Source of the DNA: Atractiella rhizophila | Taxonomy: Eukaryota | DNA: 39,373 bases | Direction: 5' to 3' | Assembly (NCBI GenBank): GCA_021432655.1 | Contig: MU271612.1 | Location: 1 to 39,373 of the forward strand | Shown here: one piece after another, positions 16,625 through 30,032 of the stretch | How positions within the stretch are numbered: the stretch's first letter is position 1 | Layout of the letters: each line of letters opens with the position of its first letter | Notes under the pieces: generated by a model | What the model was told of the DNA's origin: nothing | The model's input: only the letters and a program-made list of their open reading frames with translations | Databases searched by the model: none | Translations under genes and position numbers: made by a program

Positions 16625-19600
16625 ATGCCAGTTGACACTCGAGAACTCCCACGGTCTACGCGCGCTCCAGCGTCAGAGGCAGATTCAGCCGGAAGCGCAC
16701 CATCTGTAAGTCGACGTCTCCTCCTGACCATCCCTGGTGGGAGAGCTCACAGTAGATCAGTTGGCATCCATCTCGACGGACGACGAGGGTCCTCCTCCTC
16801 GAAATCGTCTATACAGAGCCTCATCTAGTTCTGGTGACGACAAGGATCGTTCTAGGTTCACAGTTTTAGATGATGAAGAGGAAGAGGCGGGCGAAAGTGA
16901 AATACCCTCGTTAGGTGTACGTGACCATTTTTAGAGCTCAACAGAACCTGAATAGGCTTTTGAAGGATGATGATAGCTCGTCATCAGATGCTCCTATTCA
17001 ACAACTGAAAATTCACCAGTCGCTACCACAGGAGCGCGTTATCCCCAATAGTAACGCACTGCAGAACCGATCCAACGGTCATAATGAGTTACCTGGCATG
17101 ACGGGTCACGAAGAGGTTCAGGATTTTAAAGAATTGCCACTTTTGGAGAGGTTGGTTACGATCTCTACAATGTGTTGTTGCTGAGTTGTCTCATTTCAGA
17201 GTTACGAGCGCTTCGGAGTCCGCCATCAGCGACCTAGAAGAGGACGTGGTACCCGTCGCGGTGCAACAGTCTCCTCCGCAGGTTCAACAGCCGACGAGCC
17301 CTCAAGTCAACAAAGTGATGGTCTTGTCGGACCTGGTTGCAGAACATATTCCGGTTAAGCCAAAATTGATATTTGCAGGAGCCAAACTGAGGACTTCGTC
17401 TGACGAAGAGAGCGAAGGAGATGGTGCAGCGGATGAAGCAGAGCAAGTGAAAGATGAAGAGGGCGATCATCCTGGAGAAGAGGATTCCGAAGCCTCTGAA
17501 GAAAAGTCTGCAGATTTGACTAAGGAGGCGGAGCCGGCGGTAATCAGCATCGAGGAAGAGAAAGAAGATGTCCAGCCGAAAGAGGTCAGGATCACCGCGG
17601 TTCGCATGGCTTGGGGAGAAGACACAAGTGAAAGTGAAGTGGACGACCCTTCGCCGGAGGATGAGGACGCTGAGCTAGTAGTCCCTGAGTGGCAGTACGC
17701 TCTACTTCACTTCATCTCCCTAAATCTAATCAGTTTCAGTCCCGACCTTCTCAAACCAGACGCTGTTCGCAACTTCGGAATGCGGGCGATATCTGCATCC
17801 ATCGTGCAGGGAGGCTATACAAAAGACATCTTAACGTTGCTGCCTCAAGAAAAGGATCGTCTGCAATTCTTTCTTGCCAGTACGTTGTTTCACGGCAAAC
17901 GAAAAAGAGTGATTTCATTGTATAGATTGCACGAGACATTTGAGTCGGCTGCTCATCAAAGAGACGGCTACTCTATCCGAAACGATCGCTTATCTGACAT
18001 TCCATTCTCTCTACCAGTATTTTGTTGTCATGCCTCCTACGCTAATGAGCCCTCGAGTCAGACGGCTCGTCTCTTGGTGCAATACAACTCAGTACTTGGA
18101 AGGAACACTCGAAATGTTGTCCGTCGCGGATCCTCCACCTCCAGAGCAAGGCAATGAGAATTCCCGGAGGGAACATACCAGCGAAGACGAAGGCGTGAAG
18201 TCTGAAGGCGAAGACGATTCCAACATCCTTATCAGAGTCAAGATGACACAAAAACAACGCAAATATGATCTCCAGCAACAAAGGGCTGGCGTCAAACGCC
18301 GTTCCGACCCCTTCGCTCAGATCAGAGCTGACCCAGAAATGTTGCGGCTTTTCAAGCAAGCTGATTCTGCCATCCCAACAACACCAGAAGGGCGGGAAGT
18401 CTTTTACAACATTGGAAAATCGAGAAGCGTCGTGTGCTCAGGGTCAGTGATCGTTTAATTTGTCAACGTGAATTTGAGCAAAATCCAGGCTTTCTTCAGA
18501 GCTATCAGAACCCCTGAACTGGCTAGATACACGGAAGAGAAGTTTCTTGGCAGCGCGATGGCTACCAGCGCGTCCACTCTCGGCATCGACGAGCATGTCC
18601 CTGACGCAACACTTGAGAACCAGAAGGCGACATCGACTGCTCAAGTCGAGACGAACTATCTCGACGTGATTCCTTTCCCAAATATCCAACCGCTGAGAGC
18701 TGCGCAGATGGTAGCCTCTTTAGACTCCAAAAGTGCCTTGTACGGAAAATGGAAGATCCAACTAAGTGGCAGAGCAGGTAGGACAGGAAAGTGTTTCCGA
18801 AGTGAGCTGAAGTTCCGTTGCAGTCCGCGACTTTCGGCAACTTGGGGATCGTAAGGTACAGAAAATCATCAGTAATAAGCTTGTGCAGTTGTCGCATGGC
18901 CACTTCTCTCCTGACAACCAAAAACGCCTCACACGCAGAGAAGTTTCAAGCAACGACCAAGTCCCAATATATGAAGCGAAAGCATCGCGGGATCTTCGAG
19001 TCGTATATGAAATCGCCCTGAGAGAGGACGTCGATTTGAAGAAGGATTTCCAATATATCAGGGTAGGTTATTTGAGGCTTTGCTCAGCTAGTTAACGTCT
19101 GATTGACAGGTATGGGGTATTGCGACGCACGCGCAACTTGACGGTACAGTGAAGTAGTTTTTCGACAAAGCACGGCTGAGCTGTTTTAGATCGCTTGTGG
19201 AGCTCTCTCAACAAGGAGAGCCTTCGTCGGACACCAGAATACCTGCGTCGCATCAAGATCCGCTCAGCTCCACCGAAACATGGGAAAGAAGTGCGCGATG
19301 TTTTCGATCCTGCTCATTTCGAACATCAGGACTTCGACAGGCTAGACATGCTAGATGAAGATAACCCCGTCCGCCTGCTTACAGATGAAGAGCAATTGGA
19401 GGTGAGCGCGTGACGACCAGATCTGATTGTATTTTGCTGAACTCAGTCCAGTTGCACGAATTGATTTCCCTTGAGAAATGGGTCACGCTATCGAAAAGTC
19501 TGCTCAGCTCCATCGCAATGAATGAAGACAACGCAGCCCACATATTTGACGTTTCGCCCAAAGAACAAGAGGTTATCGATTGTCCGTCGTCACTATTCCT

Positions 19601-22600
19601 TCTAGGCCGTTCCGGAACGGGCAAGACCACCTGCATGCTTTTTCGCCTGATCGGTTTGGAGTGTGCCGTGCGACAGGAACAAGTAGATGATGCAACTGAA
19701 GTCGGGACAACAAGCACATCAAGGACGAAGCTCCGTCAACTGTTCGTCACCAAATCTCGTGTTCTCACAGCACGGTAAGAGTTCTTTTTCAATAACGCGT
19801 CACTCACTTGTCGCATCTTCGAGTGTGCGCGAATATTACCAGAAATTTGATGCAACACTAAGAGCGGGGAGCTTATCACCTGAAGAAATAAAGGAGCGAA
19901 CGAAAAGGTCCAAAGAGCGGAAAGCGAACCGGCTCGTGGACTTAGAAGACGAAGAAGAAACTGGAAATAATCTCCCAAGTAAATTCGGTGAACTCAAGGA
20001 GGAGCACTTCCCATTATTTGTATCTTTTGACCAACTTTGTAAACTTCTCGAGGAAGAGCTTCTCTTTGTTGGTGGCCCGGATACCGCCAATGTCCTTGGA
20101 GGAGAAGGAGTGCGGACTACGGCTACTACAGAGTCTGGCACGCAGTTCATTGATGCTGAAATCTTTCAATCCCAATACTGGCCTCACTTCAACCGCCTTC
20201 TCACAAAGGGGCTGGATGCGTATCTGGTGTTCTCTCAATTTGGGGTCATTCGAGGAGTGGAAAGAGATGTGAGTAACTTCATCCTGCTGTTAAAGTGACC
20301 TTACCCGAGGTGTAGCTTACAAAGGAGGAGTACCTCAAAGTTTCTGAGCGGTCGCATTCAACATATCGAGAGGCACGGCCTCAGTACGCTCTCTCCATTC
20401 TTGATATATGCATCTTACTTTAATTCTCAGGATCTATGAGCTCTTCTTAGCATACACCAGAAAGAAGGGAGAATGCAGACAATTGGATGCCGCAGATCGC
20501 GCCAGGCGCCTCCTCCGATACACAGCTACGCTCCCTCGGGATCTTCAATTTGATTTCATATACGTCGATGAAGCGCAAGACAATAACATGGCTGATTGTA
20601 TCTTGATCCGAAGCCTTGGTCGAAACGCGAATGGTAAGATATCACGCTGGTGCCGACAGCGCTCTCACTCTTGCTAAAACACAGGCTTCTTCTTTGCCGG
20701 AGACACTGCCCAAACAATCAGCTCATCTACTTTTACCTTTGCAGAATTAAAGGCGTCATTTTACCGCGCAGAGAAGAACGAAAAATTAGTAAACATTGGC
20801 GCTCGAAAACCTGTCAATCCCAAATTTTACAACCTCAATGTGAATTATCGGTGAGAAACGCACTATTCAGATGCCAACTCCACTTACATCTCTCCTTGTT
20901 AGCTCTCACGACGGCATTGTCCGCTGTGCCTCTTCAATTGTAGACCTGATACACAAGTACTTCCCTTCCTCCATCGATAAGCTGGCCCCCGAAAAGGGCA
21001 TTGTTCTCGTATGTTCTTTCCTGGGTATTTGCCCTCTAATCTTTCCTTAGGGACCAAAACCTACGATGTTCGCTGGCTGGAGATCGGACGAAAATATGGA
21101 GTTTGATCAATTTCTCTTCTCTCATGGCACCCACGCTATAGAGTTTGGAGCGTCGTACGTCCCCCCCCCTAATTGTCTCTATTGCAAGATCCCTGAGGAG
21201 TTGACGGATGGCTAAGACAATGCATCATTGTCCGGACTGAAGAGGCCAGGGATCGTCTCAGGGAGAAAATCCAAGATGCAGGGCTGATATTGACAATTTA
21301 TGAATCCAAGGGGCTGGAGTTTAGGTATGCGAGCAGCACACTCAGCGTTGGACTGAATGCGTCGGTAGTGACGTCCTTTTACTCAACTTCTTTGAAGATT
21401 CACCGGAAACTGAAGGTCAGTGGCGACTTGTATTGAACGGCATCCAAGGCAAAAAAGCTCCCAAATTTAACAATTCCAAGCATGCCGCCATACAACAAGA
21501 GCTCAAGGTAAATCCATCCTGTTTCAGCACTAACTAACAACGTTTGAAGTCACTCTATGTTGCCTGCACGCGAGCGCGTCGCAACGTTTGGATCTTTGAC
21601 ATCGGTACAAAGTCACAGCCCATGGCCGAATTCCTCTATCACCATGGTCTGGTAAAGCTCTGCTCCCCAAATGACCCAATTCCCACAATGGCACAAGCAT
21701 CCAGCAAAGAAGAGTGGTTCGAGCAAGGTCAAAACCTCTATGATCAAGGGATCCATAAACACGCAGCCTTCTGCTTTGGTAAGGCAGGAGCCCTGTGGGA
21801 GCAGCAATTCTGGTGCGTTCATCACCATCAGGCAATCTAAGTATCATGTTAAATGCGTTATAGTTTGGCTTATGTTGATATGAAACAAGCGGACCGTATT
21901 CCACTAGGAGAAGTCGTGAAGCGCAAACAGGCATACTTAACAGCAGCAGAGAAATTCGTGGCCTGTGCAGAAGAGGACGGCGCGTCTAAAGAGTTACGAT
22001 GGACCGCTTACAGGAAAGCTGCGAAGTGCTTCAGCTTCGTTGGGGATGGAAGAAGAGCAGGTCTAGCCTATTCTTCAGGCCAGGAGTTCGACAAAGCTGT
22101 CAAAGCTTTTCTGAGCGCAGAGGCTATAGATGACATTATGCCTATTCTTTCATCACACTCAGCCTTCTTGGCGAGGGGGACGAAAGAGGACGCTCGACAA
22201 ATGGGGCGACTCTTCTACTTAAAGGTCGGGAGAGTTGAAGCAGCCACCCCCCTGTTTGATGATCCGGATGATCAAATTTCTTTTCTGAAACACTGGGGCT
22301 ATCTGTCGAATGATATCCTTCAACGGCTTGGCCGACATGACCAAATCGCCATCACATTGGAACAGAGGGGTGATTACTTGGCTGCCGCGAGGGAACTACA
22401 AAGAATGCAATCGGAACAGGAGGCTGAACAATCTGTTCAACTTTTTATCAAAGCTTTGTGGCAGTCGTGCTTCACAGATGTTGATTTTTCGACCGTCGTC
22501 GGAGAAGCTGCTGACACAGCAGCAAGGCTATCGGCCAATCGTAGAGACGAAGTCATGGTTGACGTAAGCATTCTGTACAATGCCCTTCTCCTTTCTCAAG

Positions 22601-25359
22601 CTGCAGGCTAGGTGGATTTCTTCAAGGACGCTCACGACCGCGCAAAGACGATATCTTTTCTTGAAAGTTCCCTCGTCCCGGCTCCTTCAAATTCCGCCAA
22701 AGACTGGTTTCGTCTCAAATGCTGGCTGAAGACCTGGGAAATCCCCCGGTCAGGAAATACGACTAACGCATTCTCTACTATGTTGACCAGTGTAGAAAAG
22801 TTCTGCACTATTTGCCGAAGATTCTCTGCGTCAAATGTGGATCTGGATAATCGCCAATTGCAACTTCTCCTCGGTTTTCATAGATCGGTTGATCACACGT
22901 TCTCGGTTGCTCGCGCATCTTTCCACGTCAATGCAACTTCTCCTCTGAAGCTCATGCTTGAGGAAGATTCCTTTAAACAACACCTGTCATCTGGGACATT
23001 TGCTTCGAACTTTGGTTGGGAGATAAGCAGTATCGACTTGCGACTGTCAATACGAACGTTCTTCGCACGTCAAACACTCGATGAGCTTATAGCCTTTTCC
23101 TCAGTCGTACAAAGTGCGTCATTTCTGAGAGCACCATGCCACACATTTTTCGTCAATGGCAGTTGCTCCGACGACCGATGTCCTTTGCGGCACCAAGCGT
23201 CAGTGGAGGGATTAACTCTGTTAATGCGGTCCTTCAGCGTGTTCGCCCCGTCCTGGTTTACGAGTCTCTCGACTACAACACATCTTTCACAACACATTCT
23301 TCCCTTGCAACGGTAGGCCAAGCCCTATAAATTTAGAAAGGAACCTGAGGTTGGTGTCTAGGGATTGTTTGAACCGAATTGTTCATTCCCTGTTTGACTT
23401 CTCCTCGTCCGGAAACATCGTTGCAGAAATTCAAACCCGATCATTCTGGAACGCATGCACGAGGTCGAAACAAGCCCTTTTGGAGTTTCTTGCGTACGCT
23501 TCCCGTCATATCAATCCGATGGAGGAAGCGGAAACTCTTCTTTGCCCTCTGCTCTCTTGGTCGCACATGTGGATTGAGCTGGCACCGACGGAGTTTTCTT
23601 CGAACTGGAACACACTTCCTGTCGCGTCAGAGTCGATTGGTGAAGCCTTCATCTTTGAGAAAGAATCCGTGTTCACTTCTTTTGCTCGATTCTTCACAAC
23701 GAAGGACATTCTTGACAACGCCTTTATTTCCACTATCAATTTCTGCAGGTATGCCCCCCGCTTGCGGATGACTGCTCTGTCTGAACCATCAACAGGGCGA
23801 TACTCCAAAAGTCGTTAATTGTGGATGCAAATCTACTCATACATCACCTGGAACGAGTCATTGTCGCCGCTCTGGTCGGCTGGCGGTCTCAGGGACGTCC
23901 CTCTGATGGCCTTGCTGAGCATGGAGCGCCGGGATATGACGGATTGATACTGCCAACATCGTTGTTGCGCCACCTATACCCACTTGCAGCTAAGCGAGTC
24001 ACATGTTCCTTCGCAGTTCTGCATCGCTTGGCTGGGTGTACCATCCACTTCGTGGATCAAGTGAGACGGCGGATCGGTCACATTTTCTCGTCCCATTCCC
24101 TATATGCGCTGATGACAATATGTAGGGGGTCTTTTGTGCAATGGCAGAGCGGCACCTCAATGGGAGGATGCGGAAAGAGCCGTGATGTTGGACAGGCTCT
24201 GTCGATTACTCGTTCTTGCCGGACTGAATTCCAGAGACAAAGTTCTACAACAGAAGTACTTCATCTCCATTTTCGCATTGCCTTTCTAAGTAGTACATTT
24301 TACCAGGGCGACGGAGTGGCTCAACGCTCAAGCAGCGAAATTTGAGCACAAACCGCACTTGCTTGTTCAAAGGTCTGTTGTCATGACCTACTTCCGATGT
24401 CAAGCCTCATAGGTATTAGGTTTTTTGGCGATGCGAAAGGGCGTCAGTGGTCCGAAATCGAGCAAACCCTTTGGAAGAATGTACCACAAGTCCTCAAGAA
24501 GGACAATTATGTGGAAATCTTCATCCGTCCCGACACTTCCCAAACGCCGAAGGGTCAGGTATGGACGGCTGCTCTAGTGGTCCAGTCGCCACATCATCTG
24601 CGGGCCAATAAGGATCAAAATGAGGACACGCAGTCAATGAAAGAGGAATTGCCCAATGGGAGCCAGGGTAGTGCGACTGAGGAGCAAGCAGCTGCCGTAA
24701 TCAAAGCCTGGTGGAAGAATGTTAAAGAGGCTAAAGCTTATCCGCTTACAGAACGAGACGAGATCCTTTCTGCTAGACTTGGAGACATCAGAGAACTGCT
24801 TCGTTTGAAACCCGTGGGCTCGAAGCATCTTATACTAGTCCAAGGATCGGTTCCGCATGCTTTCATAGAAATTCGAAACCTGGGAATGCTGCTTGAGAAG
24901 ATGAGAAAGAAGTTGCAGAGGAGGTTAAAAGCCAAAAAGCCCGACATCGTGTCGCTTAATCACAAGATGAAGCAACTGATGTGAGTGTTCCTTGGTGTGC
25001 TACAACTGATGCATATCCACTCATGCGATGGCGATGGGGGAAGGGACATGGAAAAAAGTTTGAAGAGCATCGATGAACAGCTCGATCCTCGTTCAAAAAA
25101 ATGCCAACTGATATCCGATGACGGAACAGTCCTAAGCCTCCTGCTGCAACTACTCGAACTTCACAGACAACTTGACAGATATGCCGATGATTTGTCCATG
25201 GATCGAAATACAAGGAGCAACGTGGATTTCGACCTTCTACAGAAAATTCTCCATCCTCAACCTCGAAAATCCCAAGCCACTGTAAAGGGCATGAGAACAG
25301 GCAAGAGACCTCGCTTGATCGACGGAGAGGAAGCGGATGACGAGACTGGAGACGACTGA
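16625..25359 (+). CDS. Large TRANK1-like superfamily-1 (UvrD-like) helicase with TPR-like repeats, about 26 introns
   Basis: Spliced translation has Walker A LLGRSGTGKTT (~19605), motif Ia LFVTKSRVL, Walker B YVDEAQD (~20561), AGDTAQTI, NYR|SHDGI, TIYESKGLEF, ELK|SLYVACTRAR and TPR-like EEWFEQGQNLYDQGIHKHAAFCFGKAG. It has a long acidic N-terminus. All exons can be joined with GT-AG introns. Confidence 0.88.
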
Positions 25360-26801
25360 ATACATAAATTCAGTGCCGCTGAAGATCGTGGCACCTAACT
25401 TTCTTGATGGTTTTAGCTTCCTGATTGATTTGTGTGTTCTGGTAGTCCCACACTAGGCATTGTCTGTTAACATTAGCAAGAAATGTATTTCATCAGCAAC
25501 TTCATATTTCTCCCGGAACCTTTGCGAAGGAGTGTCCGGAGGAAATCAGCATGGATGAGTTGACACTCAAATCTAAGGGACTTTTGTGCGCTGTGGCACT
25601 CTTCTTGTTCAGCGCGCAAGTCGATGAAAAAGCTTCCCTGAGCAGATATGGAGATGAGGATCGTTGCGATGGGCAGTCTCAAGCTCATGATACAGGCTAT
25701 CATCGCAACTGAGATTCTATATCGGCACCAATCAATTGCGAGCTCGAACGGAAACAAATCAGTCTCCTGTCTGAAACGAGCTTTAACCAACTCTTCTCAG
25801 TGTGTGAGACTCATCGGTAGAAGATATTTTGAATGACGAGGTTTTTCTCGCTGTACGAGCTCAGAAGTATTCTGACCCTGATGAAGGAAGCTCAGACAGC
25901 TCTGGATGTCTCGTCGACAATATTTAAGACAGTTGAATTCGACCAAATTGGCTTGCGAAACTTTAGAATGGGATATGGAGTTGGGACCAGGTTAAACGGA
26001 GAACAAAGGAATATAACCTGATCATGACGAATTGCTGCTTTAACGCATGCTTGGTTTGTCGGTTTGATGCATAGGCAAAAGGCAAGCCAGCCAATTGGAA
26101 CAGTGAACCGGCGGTTGGTAATGCAAACATTCGCTCTCAAGCTCAGCACCGAGTACTTCGGTCTTCGTTCAGAAGAGCTACAACGAGTTAAACGGCAATA
26201 ACTTCTTCGCTATCACTCAACCGCGGAGCAACGAGGGAAGCTCATCCCGAAGTGAACTGCACACTGATTGAAACTGCTGTGGATGTGCGCTGAAATAGCA
26301 ACACCAGCAGCAGATCGTGAAGTGGACAAAGACAAAGACAAAGCATTTCCCCATCACATCGCAACAAAACAAGCTATCTCACTCGTCACATCCAACATTC
26401 CAAGTGCTAATGTGACAACAGCACAAGCCGACAACACGTCATAATTGATTGACAGGATTGTGATTTCAGTTGGGGTGGTCGATTTTGCCGCTCCGCAGTG
26501 AGGTGCTGAGAAGAAGGTTGGCGTTGCCTTTCATTTCACCCATCCACCATCGAGTCCCCTTTCCAACGTTCGCTTTTATCAATTTTCATTCGAAAAACGA
26601 GATATCGACGATTCGAGTGGATCATCAGTGGAAAGGTGAAAAATTCGTTAGCAAAGAGGAGTTTCAGCCTCAAACGACTCGGACTCACAAGGAGGGTCAC
26701 TCCCATCCCCTATCCCCTTTTTCTACGTTCAATCAGTAGACTTCTTTCAGCCACTTCGTATTCTCAGTATCACGTATCGGTTCGTATCAATCACATAATA
26801 G

Positions 26802-28949
26802 ATGGCCTCCTCACTCGTCGCAACCACGACCAACTCCAACCTCACGTCTCGAAGGAATCATCTCGCCACCTCCGATTCCACCAACCTTCCCTCGTACTCG
26901 ACCAAGCTGACGCACTCGCACCCTAATCCCATCCCAATGTCTTCGTCCTCAGCCTCGTATCAGCGGCGAACTCTTCATTCTTCGACCAACGCCGGGAATC
27001 GCCTGCGCCCACTCACTTCGCACATGGCACGGCAAGCAAACGTAGGCGATTACAGGGTGGAAAGACACCGACATGGCGCGGTGGAGAGGGAAGTGATCGT
27101 CATCGAGGACTCGCCGTCTCCTACCGAAGGAGGAAGCACCGGTGCGAGCGTGGGATCGAACGCTCCACCGCCTGCAAAACGACGGAAGGGCGGAGATGAG
27201 TCTTTTTATCCCTCTGCGATCGGACTCCCCGCTTCAGCGACTAATGCATCTTATACGAATGGAGTGTCGAGATTGAACGGAGTCGGTACGACCCCAGTTG
27301 GGACGTCGACCAAGAACAAGAGGAAGCTGGACGCTTATGTGGAAGACGGTGGTGAGGCGGCTTATCCTGCGATCAAGAAGCAGGTGCGGAACGTACGTCT
27401 ATCTTTTACCACCCTGTATGGGTATGAGAGTGATTCGCGATCATTTACCGCGGATTATAGAAGGTTGTCCCTCAACCCCTAGCTGTCACGATTCCTCCTC
27501 CCGTAGTTGTACAGGAAGAACCGTGCGATGACAAAGAAGGCCATTTCATTGTCCGTCAAGGAGTCGAGCTGGGGGGTCGATGTGAGTTTACCTTAATCCC
27601 TTACGAAGACGAGAAAACTGATTCATGGGATATTCGTTAGACCGGATATCGCGCCTCTTGGGCCAAGGAACATTCGGCAAAGTCGTTCAGTGCTACGACA
27701 ATCGAGGAGGACCGGAAGTAGCGGTTAAAGTGATGTCAGTAATGCCCCTTTCTTTGTCCTCCATATCCAGGGTTCAGCCGCTGACATGACGTGATTGCGG
27801 GCGATAGCCGGGCGGTGCAGAAGTACAGGGATGCGAGCAAAGTGGAAGTGAAAGTGCTGAAGTTGTTGAAAGAGCGCGACCCGGAGAATAGGAAGTATGT
27901 CCCTATGCTTCTGATACTCGCCAGAAATCAATTGATCGGCGTAAAACAGTAAATGCATTCACCTCCTAGACTGCTTCGACCACCGAAATCACATTTGCAT
28001 CGTCACCGAACTGCTCTCGTGCTCGGTATTCGATTTTTTGAAGGATAACGAGTATGCGCCGTTTCCTTCAAGCCAGATTCAGAGTTTTGCCAAACAGCTC
28101 TTGACATCGGTTGCTTGTCCGTTGCCCGATCCAAATTTAGACAAAGAGAATTACTGACACTTGTTGTTGGGTAGTCCTTCATGATCTGAAGCTCATTCAC
28201 ACGGATTTGAAGCCTGAGAACATTCTGCTCATCTCGAGCGAGATTCGCGGATACGGAAAAGTTTGTCATCTTCCATTTCCATCAAAGGGCAACGCGTCGC
28301 TAACGATTAATAAACAGACTCGCAGCCCTTCGAAGCTGGGCAAGAAAATCCTAAAGTCGACATCGATCCGCCTCATCGATTTCGGCAGCGCGACCTTCGA
28401 CAATGATTACCACGCGAATGTCGTGTCTACACGACACTATCGGGCGCCAGAGATCATACTGGGCCTCGGTTGGACGTTTCCATGCGACGTGTGGTCGATC
28501 GGATGCATCCTCGTCGAATTTTACACTGGTCAGGCCCTGTTCCAGACCCATGAGAACCTCGAACACCTGGCCATGATGGAAGTCGTCTTTGGACGCATGC
28601 CTCAGGGTTTGGCGAGACAGTCGGCGAAGAACAGACCCGAGTTCTTCAAGGGAACCAAGTTGGATTTTCCGAACTCGAGCACGAATCGGCAAAGCAGGAA
28701 GTTCGTGAAGGAGCAAAAGGCTCTTGGGGTTTGTCTTCCATTCTATGAACAATAACGGCGCTAATGTTTCACGTACGCGAACAGGAGGTTGTGCCGGGGA
28801 CAAATCTCGCGAATTCGAGGTTCCTCGACCTCCTTCACAAGATGCTGACGTGGGATCCGAAGGAGCGGATCAGTGTGAAAGATGCGTTGAGACATCCTTA
28901 TTTCAGTCTCCGACTCGAAGACGAGGGGTCAGAACCTTACGTCCCCTGA
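26802..28949 (+). CDS. LKH1: LAMMER/CLK-family dual-specificity protein kinase (Lkh1/Kns1-like), 7 introns
   Basis: [75 protein letters not shown]; signature [15 protein letters not shown]. Ser/Arg-rich disordered N-terminus. Confidence 0.95.
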
Positions 28950-30032
28950 AGAAAGATTTGGAGAAGCTTTCTGAGATAGGCGTAGGTTTAGAGAAGGATG
29001 TAGAGTTGAAGCAAGATGGTCTGTGTGGAACAAATGGAAGAAAGAAGGGACGAAGTTCGTAAGTTCCATATTCGAGCGTTGGTTGTGTTGCGTTGCATTC
29101 TGTGGAGAAGAAAGATGGATAAAAAGGCGATACAAGCTGCAATCCCGTTTGATGTTGCTGCCTGAAAATCAAACAAACTATCTTTGTCCTCTAACCCAAA
29201 AAAATCTGGAGAACGTTTAACCTTCGTCTTCTCTTCTACCATTTGACTTCCTCTAACTTTTCTTCACCATCTTCTCCTCTTCGTTCTATCTCATTGATTG
29301 AATTCTGTTGTGCTACCATACCACTTATCGGATTCGCAATCTGCTCCTAAATTCACCTTCAACAATCACAGGCTGTCCCCTTTTTGGAGTTAGTGAATGT
29401 ACATTTCTTTGATGCTCAGTCTTTTTCTTCCTTTTTTGTGCTTCTGACATATATTCCTCCGTACGCTCGTTAAAATCCTCTCCACCCGGCTCGCGATCAA
29501 CCAACTTTACGTATACATACTAACGATTCTGTGCTTTATTGCAATTGTGGTGAAAGAAGTGCGAAACCAAGAATCCTGCCAAATCCAGCTCCCTTGAAAC
29601 GTTATGAGGCGTTATGAGGCAACTTGCGCGTTGTTTTGATGATTGATTGATTGATTAAACTCAGCGTCTCACGAACCTTATTAGTCGCCCCCAGACCAAA
29701 CAGCCCCAGCTTCGAGTTTCAGCATCATTTTCTGGGCTTGAATACTTTGAGAAAGAACGCGTTACAATCACTGTCCGAGTAGTTCTCAGCAATATTCAAG
29801 GACCACAACTTTGCAGTTTATGAAGGCATCAAGGTACGTACCTAGTTTTTCTCCTCTAAGGATATCAATTCTGACCTTGGATTCGATGGATGGGCATAGA
29901 GCACTCTGGCATAGTCGCACCCAACACACCTTTTCTTCTCCACGCTCGACCTGCAACGTCCAACAGTAGGCTCAGTGCAGTTTGGTTTTGAGAGCCAATC
30001 ACTTGATGTACTTGGCCTAGCCTGGATATGTC

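Noticed and set aside
18400..18500. Apparent frameshift in the helicase between ORFs 17940-18458 and 18468-18854
   Set aside because: An ordinary intron 18443-18499 (GTCAGT…TTTCTTCAG) joins them in frame.
25400..26750. Short ORFs between the helicase and the kinase
   Set aside because: No recognisable motifs or consistent exon chain; treated as intergenic or UTR.
29600..29657. GTTATGAGGC duplication and (GATT)n run
   Set aside because: Short simple repeats with no spacers or terminal-repeat structure; not CRISPR or a mobile element.
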